Positions 19,635-28,511 of a stretch of 64,000 bases of DNA are shown here, piece after piece; position 1 is the first letter of the stretch; every line of letters starts with the position of its first letter. The stretch lies in the NCBI GenBank assembly GCA_964544755.1, contig CAZJDL010000003.1:6959-70958 (forward strand), in the 5' to 3' direction. The DNA comes from an uncultured Pseudomonadales bacterium. GTDB lineage: Bacteria > Pseudomonadota > Gammaproteobacteria > Pseudomonadales > JAUIET01. Under the pieces are notes generated by a model. That model was not told the origin of the DNA, made no database searches, and was given only the letters and a program-made list of their open reading frames with translations. The translations under genes and the position numbers were made by a program.

Positions 19635-21770
19635 TTGAACCTCACTGAGTCCACCAAGCTACCGGCGCGCGGCGCGGTGCATGGCGTTGTGTCGACTTCC
19701 ACGGCAGCGATTGTGCAGGGCTTTGGCCAACTGTTAGTGCTGGCAATATTAGCGCGCTATGTGAGCAAGACCGACTTTGGCCTGGTCACTGCAACGTTGG
19801 TTGTCATCGGTCTGGGCCGGCAACTCGCCGAAGCGCTGGTACTGCCGGTGCTGGTGCAGCGCGATAATCTATCCGCACGCGACAGCGGCACTGCCGCAAC
19901 GCTGTCGTGGCTGTTCGGTTTTGTTGCTGTCGCGGCGCTTTGGCTGGGCGCAGGCGCCATTGCGCGCTTGTTCTCAGAGCCGGATATCGTGCCCATTATT
20001 AAAGTAATGGCCTTGGTGTTTTTGCTGCAGTCACCGTTGTCTGTCGCTGAGGGGTTGGTGCAGCGTGACTTTGGCTATGGCCGTATCGCCGCTGCGGAAG
20101 TGCTGTCTTTTTTGTTGGGGTACACCGCGGTCGGAGTGACGCTGGCGTTGCTTGGCGCCGGAGTGTGGGCCCTGGTTTGGGCCTATGTCGCGCAGGTGTT
20201 GGTGAAAACTGTGTTTCTGGTTTGCTATCGTCCCGATTCCCTGCGACTGGCCTTCGACCCTGTTTCGGCGCGTGCGACGCTCAGACTGGCCGCTGGTTTT
20301 GGCTCGGCGAAACTACTCAACTACGCTGCGCTACAAGGCGACTATGCGGTCGTCGCGGCGACGATGAGCGCGGCAGCCGTCGGCGTATATGGCCGTGCTT
20401 ATCAGGTTGTTAGCATGCCGGTCATGCTGCTGGGGCAGGCGCTGGAGCGGGTTTTATTTCCGATCTACGCGCGCTTGCAAAATGATCGTTCGCGGGCGGC
20501 CGAACATTACGGCCATTCGGTTGCGCTCAGCGCTATATTGATTGCGCCAGTAACGGTGGTGTTCGTGGTGCTGGCGCCGGAGATTGTGCGGCTTATTCTT
20601 GGGCCCAACTGGTCCGAAACCATTGTTCCGCTGCAAATCCTGTCTGCCAGCCTGCTGTTTCGCATGGGTTATAAACTTACCGACCCACTGACCAAAGGCT
20701 TCGGCGTGGTCTACGCTCGCCTGTGGCGTGTGGCGATCTATGCCGCGGCCGTCGTTAGCGGTGCCTTCATCGGCGTACCCTGGGGGTTGATGGGTGTTTC
20801 AATCGGTGTGTCGATGGCCATCATCATCAACTATTTTTTGATGGCGCATCTGTCGCTGAAACTGTTGAGTTTGTCCTGGCGCGCCTACGCTGTTATGCAT
20901 GCCCGTGGCATTGCACTCGCGGCGTGTATGCTGCCGCTGGCATGGGCGGCAGCTAGCGGGTTACGTTATCTGGGCGTCGGTTATTTCACGGTATTGTGTA
21001 GCGTGTTGGTGCTGGTTGGCATTAGCTGGGTGGCCGCGGCGGCGTTGCGCCCCGACCTGGCATTGGGGCCGGACGTGCAATGGCTGTCACGGCTGCTGGG
21101 CAATGCCCTCGTCCCGGCTGCGGCTACGTCCGCCAAAAATCGGCTTCGACAGGGGGTTGTTGTTGAATTTCATGGTTCGGCGCGGCAATGCGCGGCATTG
21201 AGCGTGGCTGTGCGAGCACAGCTTTCCGCGCAGCGAATTCATGTGCGTGACGTGCGGCCAGCCGGCAACTTGTGGGTAGCAGCAACCAAAGCTGTGCTGC
21301 GCGCGCCTCGAATGACGCTGCATCAAGCGTTGATTCTATTTTCGGCGGTGCGTGAGGAGCGCAGCAATGCCGTTACGCGAATTGTCGCCTGGCTGGCGCT
21401 AAACCGGCAGTTCTCATTAACGCAGGACACCGCAGCGATATTCCTGTGCCAGCACGGTGTACTGCAAGAGCTGCAATTGCTTGATCAGCAAGGTGATCTC
21501 GAAGCGATACTCAGTCAAATGCATCAACTTGATCAGCACGTGCCTGACGTGCTGGTGATCCTGCAGGAATCGAACACCGTGGCGCAGCAGGTGCAAGCCA
21601 TTGCTGATCAGCTGCAGAGCCGGCGTGGGAATTTACCCGTGTCAGTCATTTCGACTGAGCGCGTCGACCTGGAAAAAAATATGCCGCAATGCGCCCAACA
21701 AATCGCCGCCGCGGTGGCCACGCAATGGCGCAGTCGGCGCACTGCGGGCGAGCGGCAGTCTTCGTCCTGA
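19635..21770 (+). CDS. wzx: Wzx-like (MOP superfamily) polysaccharide flippase fused to an unassigned ~200-aa C-terminal cytoplasmic domain
   Basis: The first ~490 aa are highly hydrophobic with many predicted TM helices, typical of 'polysaccharide biosynthesis protein' flippases. From about nt 21150 the sequence is soluble and helical. The TTG start at 19635 is uncertain. Confidence 0.8.
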   Translation: MNLTESTKLPARGAVHGVVSTSTAAIVQGFGQLLVLAILARYVSKTDFGLVTATLVVIGLGRQLAEALVLPVLVQRDNLSARDSGTAATLSWLFGFVAVAALWLGAGAIARLFSEPDIVPIIKVMALVFLLQSPLSVAEGLVQRDFGYGRIAAAEVLSFLLGYTAVGVTLALLGAGVWALVWAYVAQVLVKTVFLVCYRPDSLRLAFDPVSARATLRLAAGFGSAKLLNYAALQGDYAVVAATMSAAAVGVYGRAYQVVSMPVMLLGQALERVLFPIYARLQNDRSRAAEHYGHSVALSAILIAPVTVVFVVLAPEIVRLILGPNWSETIVPLQILSASLLFRMGYKLTDPLTKGFGVVYARLWRVAIYAAAVVSGAFIGVPWGLMGVSIGVSMAIIINYFLMAHLSLKLLSLSWRAYAVMHARGIALAACMLPLAWAAASGLRYLGVGYFTVLCSVLVLVGISWVAAAALRPDLALGPDVQWLSRLLGNALVPAAATSAKNRLRQGVVVEFHGSARQCAALSVAVRAQLSAQRIHVRDVRPAGNLWVAATKAVLRAPRMTLHQALILFSAVREERSNAVTRIVAWLALNRQFSLTQDTAAIFLCQHGVLQELQLLDQQGDLEAILSQMHQLDQHVPDVLVILQESNTVAQQVQAIADQLQSRRGNLPVSVISTERVDLEKNMPQCAQQIAAAVATQWRSRRTAGERQSSS

Positions 21771-21964
21771 TAAATACTGTCGCGCCCGTGAATGATGAGT
21801 TCTGCAAGAAAGGGATAATTTTTAGACAAATCCGCAGCACGCCTCTCATTTTTGTTGCCCGTCTGTAAACTATTACACATAGCGGTGTGACCATGCCACA
21901 TAGACTACCTGCATAGAAACCCTATAATTAAAGGACATTTCTGAGGAAAGGGAGAATCGTACCT

Positions 21965-24004
21965 GTGGCCGCTAAGAATGTGCACTGGAGAATCACTTTT
22001 TTTACCCGCGTATTGGCACTGGCGGCAACCATCACGACTCCTGCCTGGGCCGGCACTTACTATGTAAGCACGACTGGCGATGATGGCAATGCCGGTTCGT
22101 TGGCGCAACCCTACCAAACCGTTAACCACGCGCTGTCGAAACTGCGGCCAGGTGATACGCTGTACTTGCGTGGTGGTACTTACTACGAGGAAGTGAGTGC
22201 CTCTGTCAGTGGCACTGCTGGCCAACCCATTACTATCGCAGGCTATGCCGGCGAGCAGGCCGTGATCGACTCCGGCTACCCTGAGTTTCGCGCGGCGGGC
22301 AATAACGACTGGGAGTTGGTGAATGCGAGCCGCGGCGAATATCGCTCAAAAAGCAGCTGCCTGGACGAAGACATCCATGCCTATGTCACCGGCATTGCGG
22401 GTTATGAAAACGAACGCGTGACGCTCATCCCGTATTCGGATATTGGTTCTTTTCGTGCTACCACAGACACCTACAGCGGTAGCAAATTCTACGTCGGCCC
22501 GGGTGTGATGGAGATTGCTGGCCGCTGCCATATTCGATTGGCAAAAACGACCGCCATGCGCAATGCGGAGGCGCGCTATGGAAAAGTATTTGCCAGCGAA
22601 AATGCCAACCCCGGTGGCTACGCTATCTTAATGTCGCAGGCTTATAGCACGCTAACAGTGAGCGGCGCCTGGCTGACCTTTAAAGACATTACTTTTAATC
22701 AGGCCAGGAGAACCATTCTGCTCGAGCCTGGTGCGCAGCATGTTCGCTTTGAAGGCATCACTGCATGGATGGGTATCAGCACATTCCAAACTTTTAGCGG
22801 CCCGGTGCATCACATCACCATTACCGACTCGCGTGTTCTGGGTGACTGGCCGTACTGGGTTTTCTGGAGCGATATGAAAAACGCACCAAAAGTTGCCAAT
22901 CTCTTGCGTGGTACGTCGATTAACCTGCAAGGTGGTACGCACGATTGGGTCATCTCGCACAATTTAATTCGTGGCTCAGGCCAGGATCTGATCGGCACTA
23001 ACAATGGGGAAGACAGAATTTTTGTGCACCATAACCGCATGGAAAACTGCGGTGACGACGCGGTCGAGATAGAGGGCAAGGCCGAACTTGGCGGTCGCGA
23101 TAATATTGGTCATATTCAAATCAATGACAACTATATTGGCAACTGCCTGGTGGCGGTGTCGGTCGGGCAAGATACCCGCAAGATGACCGGGCCGCTATTG
23201 TTTTACCGCAACGTTGTGGCCTTGCTGCGCAACCACCCGGTCAACCGCAAGGCAGGCATCAACCACTGGAACGGCGGCGGGCAGTTTGGTTATGGCAAGA
23301 TGTTCAAACAAGCGGGTAGTGGCTTCGCGGCGCGTAATGTGCACTACTATCACAATACGCTGGTCATGCTCAAAGCCCATGGCGGTATTGAGCCGACCCC
23401 GGAGCATCCCGATGGCAGCACTTTTGCCAATAACATCGTTGCGATGGTGAACGACGAAGCCGTCGCGAAATACAATATCGGATCTAATCAAGTGATCGAC
23501 GGTAATTTGTACTGGAAGGCAAACGCGCTCGATGGTGAGCCGTTGGTCGGCGGTAAAGACAGCGTTGCGGAATTAGACAATATCGAGCAGCGCAGCATCG
23601 GCGCCGAGCCAAAGACAGGCAGCGACCCGCAGTTCACCAGCTTTGCGCCGGATGTTGTCGCTGGTTCGGCAGGCAGCTTGGCGTTGCGCGCTAATGCCGA
23701 AGTGTTAGAGCCGGCGAATTTCATGCTCGCCGGCAACAGCCCGGCGCGCGGTAAAGCGGTGCCGTTGAGCTGCAGAGGGGTCAGCGGATCGGATGAACAG
23801 GGACGCCCGCTATGTAACAACGGCAGTTTGCCTGATTCGCACACGGCGACCGATATAGGCGCGATTCCAGCGCAGGCGCAAGCCAGCGACTACCGAGCGT
23901 TTCCGTTTGCGTATGCGCTGACGCCGGAGCCCAAGTCGGCCCCGGCACCGAAAGTGGCGGTAAAACCAGCCGCACCGGTGTTAAAGCTGAACGTGCCACG
24001 ATAG
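21965..24004 (+). CDS. secreted right-handed parallel beta-helix protein (pectate-lyase fold; candidate polysaccharide lyase/hydrolase/epimerase)
   Basis: Signal peptide ...LALAATITTPAWA. YYVSTTGDDGNAGSLAQPYQTVNHALSKLRPGDTLYLRGGTY is the N-terminal motif of pectate-lyase-fold/DUF1565 proteins, followed by N/H/G-rich rung repeats. GTG start. Confidence 0.8.
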   Translation: MAAKNVHWRITFFTRVLALAATITTPAWAGTYYVSTTGDDGNAGSLAQPYQTVNHALSKLRPGDTLYLRGGTYYEEVSASVSGTAGQPITIAGYAGEQAVIDSGYPEFRAAGNNDWELVNASRGEYRSKSSCLDEDIHAYVTGIAGYENERVTLIPYSDIGSFRATTDTYSGSKFYVGPGVMEIAGRCHIRLAKTTAMRNAEARYGKVFASENANPGGYAILMSQAYSTLTVSGAWLTFKDITFNQARRTILLEPGAQHVRFEGITAWMGISTFQTFSGPVHHITITDSRVLGDWPYWVFWSDMKNAPKVANLLRGTSINLQGGTHDWVISHNLIRGSGQDLIGTNNGEDRIFVHHNRMENCGDDAVEIEGKAELGGRDNIGHIQINDNYIGNCLVAVSVGQDTRKMTGPLLFYRNVVALLRNHPVNRKAGINHWNGGGQFGYGKMFKQAGSGFAARNVHYYHNTLVMLKAHGGIEPTPEHPDGSTFANNIVAMVNDEAVAKYNIGSNQVIDGNLYWKANALDGEPLVGGKDSVAELDNIEQRSIGAEPKTGSDPQFTSFAPDVVAGSAGSLALRANAEVLEPANFMLAGNSPARGKAVPLSCRGVSGSDEQGRPLCNNGSLPDSHTATDIGAIPAQAQASDYRAFPFAYALTPEPKSAPAPKVAVKPAAPVLKLNVPR

Positions 24005-24046
24005 TTCTGTTAGAAACAACAATGCTTGGGGCTCGCGAACGGGCGC

Positions 24047-26221
24047 TTACGTCTTGACCGGCTGCTTGCTGGTATAGTCGGTGCCATAGTATTCCACATC
24101 GCGCATATCCAGCGCGTTGACGACTACGCCGAGCATGGGTACATCCGTTTGGCGTAGTTTTTCCAGTCCCGCCTTGATTTGGTTGAGTGGTGCGGCGCTG
24201 GCCTGCGCCACGTAGATTGCGGCGTCCATTTGCCTTGCAATCATGGTGGTGTCGCTGACCGGCAGTATCGGCGGGCAGTCCAGTATGACCAGGTCATAGT
24301 CGTGCCGCAGTTGCAACATCAATGCAGTGAAAGCGGGCGAAGCGAGCAGTTCCAGCGGATTTGGTGGCACCGCGCCGGCGGTGATGAATTGTATCTTGTC
24401 ACTTTCCGGGTACACGATACATTCGTCAAGGTGTGCTTCATGGGCGAGCAATTGTGATATACCGGGCATATCAGCCGGGAGTTTGAGTTGTGCGCCAAGA
24501 CTGGGGCGGCGCAAATCGCATTCCACCAGTAGCACCTGATCCATTTGTCCGAATGCGTACGCGAGATTGAGCGCGACTATCGACTTACCTTCGCCGCTCA
24601 CAGACGACGTAATCATCAGCATTTTATGTGGTTTGAGCTGTGCGCTAAGCGTAATACCGGTGCGAATGGTACGGATGGCCTCCTTGAAGTAGTGTTCGCC
24701 AGGGCCGAGAAATGTGCGGCCTATAGCAACCGGCTCACTGTATTTGGCTTTTATTTGTGGAATTGCACCCAGCAGCGGCTGGTGCAGCGCGGTCTCGACT
24801 TCTGCGGCGTTTTTGAGCGTATTGTCGAGGGACTCGATAACAAACGTGACTAAAACTCCGAGCAACAGAGCGCCGACAAAGGCCATGATGACGGTGAGGG
24901 TTTTATTTGGTTTGGCCGGTTTGAGCGGTGTGACGGCGGGCGCTACTACTCTCGCATCAGCGTACTGCAAACCGCCAGTCTCCGCCGTTTCTTTCATGCG
25001 ATTGTAAAAAATATCGTACAGTTGCCGGTCGGTTTGCACTTCACGCTGCAAGCTCAACAGTTCGGACTCTTTGCGGCCGGTTACATGATACTTCTGCTTG
25101 GCCTGTTCGATGGATTCAAGCAGTGCTTGCTCCTCTGCCTTGGCCATCTCAAAGCTTTTGTTGATGCCCGTTAGCACGTTGCTAATCTGGCGGCGTAAAT
25201 TGCCATTGGCGGTTCTGAATTCCGCAATAGCGGCGAGCATTTTCGGGTGTTGCGGGCCATACGTTTTGCCGAGTTCGGCAATCGTGCGCCTGGAATCGGC
25301 CTTGCGCTCCTTGAACGTTTGCACCAAAGCATTCTGCGCCACGGCCGGTATCGATTCCAGCTCGTCCGGGCTGGATTCCTGTACCCGCTCAACCTGGCGC
25401 GCCGCGCTGTGCGCCAGGTTGAGCGCGCGGCGGGCTTCAACGAGTCGCGATGTCAGTTCATTGAGCTCCTTGCTCGGCAGCGACTGCAGCCCCTCGGCGT
25501 CGAATACCTGTTCGCGTTCGCGAAACTCCTGCAGGGCGCGTTCAGACTCCTGCAAATTTGCTTTTACTGCTTGCAGGCGCTCCGACATCCAGTTGGTGGC
25601 TGATTCACTAAAGGCAAGCTTGGTTTCCAGCATGTTAGCGATGTAATTGCGCGCATGCGAGTTAGCAACGCTGGCGGCCAGGGTGGCATCGTGCGATTCG
25701 AATTTAACCGTAACCAGTTGGGTTTTATCGATCGGAGAGACCTTGAGATTCTCCAAATAGGCACCGATTGTTCTTTGCCGCGCCATGGCTTGTGCGTTGG
25801 GTTCGACGCTATCCGCCGAGCCGGGCAGCCAGTTGCGCCAGCTCGACCCGGATTGTGATGGCTCGTATTCCGGATGTTCAAGGAGTTGTAGTTCGTCGAT
25901 GACTTTGTCTGCCACGGTGGGCGAATTCAGCAGCTCGAACTGCGTTTGATAGTATTCTTGACCGCTGCTGTCGGGGGAGTAGACTTCTTCTATTGAAGTG
26001 ACCTTGGCCGAGCCCGACTCGATCAACAAGGTAGCGCTGGCTTCGTACACAGGATCAACGCTAAACACCCACAGCGTCGCGAGTAAACTGCTGCCCAGCG
26101 CCCATGCCAGGATTTTCAGTTTTGCGCGGCTGATAACCTGCCAATACTGGCGCAGGTCTATTTCGGCCGTTGCCGCCCAATGTTTATCTATTTGCACAAT
26201 ATTCCGGTTCAGTGTCGTCAT
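24047..26221 (-). CDS. wzc: polysaccharide co-polymerase / tyrosine autokinase (Wzc-type BY-kinase)
   Basis: N-terminal Wzz-type region with two TM helices flanking a coiled-coil periplasmic domain. C-terminal kinase with Walker A SGEGKS, A' VLLVECDLRRP and Walker B DLVILDCPP. Tyr-containing tail DVEYYGTDYTSK. Confidence 0.9.
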   Translation of the reverse strand: MTTLNRNIVQIDKHWAATAEIDLRQYWQVISRAKLKILAWALGSSLLATLWVFSVDPVYEASATLLIESGSAKVTSIEEVYSPDSSGQEYYQTQFELLNSPTVADKVIDELQLLEHPEYEPSQSGSSWRNWLPGSADSVEPNAQAMARQRTIGAYLENLKVSPIDKTQLVTVKFESHDATLAASVANSHARNYIANMLETKLAFSESATNWMSERLQAVKANLQESERALQEFREREQVFDAEGLQSLPSKELNELTSRLVEARRALNLAHSAARQVERVQESSPDELESIPAVAQNALVQTFKERKADSRRTIAELGKTYGPQHPKMLAAIAEFRTANGNLRRQISNVLTGINKSFEMAKAEEQALLESIEQAKQKYHVTGRKESELLSLQREVQTDRQLYDIFYNRMKETAETGGLQYADARVVAPAVTPLKPAKPNKTLTVIMAFVGALLLGVLVTFVIESLDNTLKNAAEVETALHQPLLGAIPQIKAKYSEPVAIGRTFLGPGEHYFKEAIRTIRTGITLSAQLKPHKMLMITSSVSGEGKSIVALNLAYAFGQMDQVLLVECDLRRPSLGAQLKLPADMPGISQLLAHEAHLDECIVYPESDKIQFITAGAVPPNPLELLASPAFTALMLQLRHDYDLVILDCPPILPVSDTTMIARQMDAAIYVAQASAAPLNQIKAGLEKLRQTDVPMLGVVVNALDMRDVEYYGTDYTSKQPVKT

Positions 26222-26227
26222 GGCGGA

Positions 26228-26848
26228 TTAAAAAAAGCTCCGGCGCACAGTGATAATATCACCCGGGTAGACGGGTTCATCGAGTCGAATTGACTGCTTC
26301 TCCTTGCCCGCGGCGCCGGCGCGCAGCACGGTAATTTTTTTCTGTGAGGCACGCTCGGTGAGGCCGCCCGCCAGAGTGAGTGCTTTTTCCAGCGTCAAGC
26401 CCGGGCGATAGGGGTAGCCTCCGGGTCGTGCTACTTCACCGCTAAGGTAAAACGGGCGAAATTCCTTGATCAACACCGTGACTTCCGGGTCGCGCAAATA
26501 GGGGCCCTGCAGGCCCTTGGTAATAAGTTGTTCCAGTTCAGCGACAGTTAACCCTTCGGCCTTTATTTCGCCGAGGAAGGGGTAGTTAAAACTGCCCTCG
26601 CCGACCAGGATAACGCTGATGCTAAGGTCTTCCTCGCCGTAAACCTTTACCAGAATTTCGTCGCCCGGGCCCAGCGTATACGATAGTGTCGGCTTGCTGG
26701 CTGACTCCTCCTGCGCGCTGCACAGTGGGCCGAGCAGCAGCAAAATGATAATAGGTAGCGTCCACCAGAGCGCTTGCCGCCGCCGCATTTTGTGTTTTTC
26801 GAGGCATACTTGTCGCACGCTTAAAGTGTTCTCCGTCATGTGCATCAT
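26228..26848 (-). CDS. wza: polysaccharide export protein (Wza/Poly_export + SLBB)
   Basis: YTLGPGDEILVKVYGEEDLS (Poly_export motif), SLBB-like GLTLEKALTLAGG, and PGDIITV. The ATG at 26848 overlaps the upstream stop (ATGA). The alternative start at 26788 (MRRRQALWW...) gives a conventional signal peptide. Confidence 0.85.
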   Translation of the reverse strand: MMHMTENTLSVRQVCLEKHKMRRRQALWWTLPIIILLLLGPLCSAQEESASKPTLSYTLGPGDEILVKVYGEEDLSISVILVGEGSFNYPFLGEIKAEGLTVAELEQLITKGLQGPYLRDPEVTVLIKEFRPFYLSGEVARPGGYPYRPGLTLEKALTLAGGLTERASQKKITVLRAGAAGKEKQSIRLDEPVYPGDIITVRRSFF

Positions 26849-28071
26849 AGCGCTATGTCAATGCCAACTGAAAGGACGCGGCGATTGAAGTTGAGCAAGT
26901 CTACGTTGCTGCTGCGATCCGTGTAGTGTGCGCCGAGCTCCAATGCGATCCAGCGCTTTAGCCGGTAAGCCAGGCTGCCGGTGAACTCGGTGAGTTGCTC
27001 GCCGCGTTCGAAATTTTCATATTGTTCATCCACATAGGCGATGCCGAGCACGGTTTGCACGCGTTCGTTCCATTCGTGCGTCCAACCCGCCGAGATGCTC
27101 TGCACATCGATAAAATCGCCGCCACCGTTGGTTTCTTCGGTGCCGCGTTCGGTTTTGAAGTTGAAGTGCGCATAACTGCGCGGCGACCAGGTGACATCGG
27201 CTTCCCAGCTCGGGGCCGAGAAATCGTCGCGGCTGACGCTGTCAAACTTCTTTTGCTGATAACCCAACTTGATGGCTCCGGTCAGTTGCTCGCCGCCTTC
27301 CCACTCCGCGCCGACCAGATAACGGTAGTGGTCACTGTCGAGTGTGTCTTGCAGCGGCCGGTCGCTGCCGTAGTCAATTGCCGTGGCCCGGGCCTGCACC
27401 AGCAGCAAGGTTTTCGGCCTCACTCGGTAATAGAACGTTGCGCTCGCGCTGGTGTCTTCACGGTCGCGGAATTCGGTGCGCTGGCGATGGTTTTGGTACC
27501 GAATATCCTGGTAGCCGGCTTCGAACGCCAGTCTTCCGGTCGCGCCGCGTGCACCATAGGTGTAGCGCGCGCTGGCCGCCGTTTGTTCGTATTCGTCCGG
27601 CTCGTCCAAATCCTGGGCTTGTAGGGGGTCGAATCCTTCCGTTAACCCGGTGCCCCGATTCTCATGCGCGGCGGCGAAGCTGGTGTGCACGCTGAGGTTA
27701 TTACGCAAGCTGAATTGCATATTTGCCTGGGCTTGCACGTTGTGATCGACGTAGTCGTCGTCTTCGCTAGCATAATAGCTCGCCGCTTCAGCGCTATAGC
27801 CGAGTTCATAAACACTGTCGCCACGTTCGAGTTGCGCCTTGAGTGACGGAGTCAGCAGTGCAATCACCGAGTCGCGCTCGTCGTTCGCGCTCTCGAAAAT
27901 ATTGTTGTCATAGCGCAGTTCAGTACGCAGGGCAGGCAGCAGCGTGGCTGGCCCAATGGCGATACCGTTGGTGTCACCCCGCGCAGCCGCCTGCAGTTGG
28001 CCGGCGCCCAGAATGGCGATAGCTAAGCTGAACTTGGCATAGCAGGCGCCATGCACTGGCAACGTCAACAC
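26845..28071 (-). CDS. putative outer-membrane beta-barrel protein of the EPS export operon
   Basis: Signal-like N-terminus (FSLAIAILGAGQLQAAA). Alternating aromatic/polar strand pattern rich in Y, D, R and E across 400 aa. First gene of the barrel-wza-wzc operon. Family not identified; GTG start. Confidence 0.65.
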   Translation of the reverse strand: MLTLPVHGACYAKFSLAIAILGAGQLQAAARGDTNGIAIGPATLLPALRTELRYDNNIFESANDERDSVIALLTPSLKAQLERGDSVYELGYSAEAASYYASEDDDYVDHNVQAQANMQFSLRNNLSVHTSFAAAHENRGTGLTEGFDPLQAQDLDEPDEYEQTAASARYTYGARGATGRLAFEAGYQDIRYQNHRQRTEFRDREDTSASATFYYRVRPKTLLLVQARATAIDYGSDRPLQDTLDSDHYRYLVGAEWEGGEQLTGAIKLGYQQKKFDSVSRDDFSAPSWEADVTWSPRSYAHFNFKTERGTEETNGGGDFIDVQSISAGWTHEWNERVQTVLGIAYVDEQYENFERGEQLTEFTGSLAYRLKRWIALELGAHYTDRSSNVDLLNFNRRVLSVGIDIAL

Positions 28072-28511
28072 CTAGACCTCAGGCAGAGAAGGCGGGCGGA
28101 GTAAATCGATAAAATGCATGATAAGCAACCCCTCTCATTGCACGCGCAGTGGCCGCGACCGCGCAAAAAGCACGAGTCAACGTTCGTTAGCGCATATGTG
28201 TTTGGCCGTGCGATTCGCTATTTAATTAGTAGTAGTCGGCCAGTTTCCAGCTTGTTGTACGGCGTCAGGTAGAGGCTTGTAGTCAATTATGTGTCGTCAC
28301 TAACCTGAAATACTAGTGCAACAAAATCCTAGCATGATACTGCAACAAGTCGTTAATATTAGTGCTTGCATGGCAGATGATCAATACTTGATCGGCCAAA
28401 ACGTAAAGAACGTGAATAAGGAACAAAGATTTTCTTGTGTGATAAGAATCACTATCGTTATAGTGCGGGGAGTTGGAGTGCTCATAGAAGCATGGTAATG
28501 GGGGACATCGA

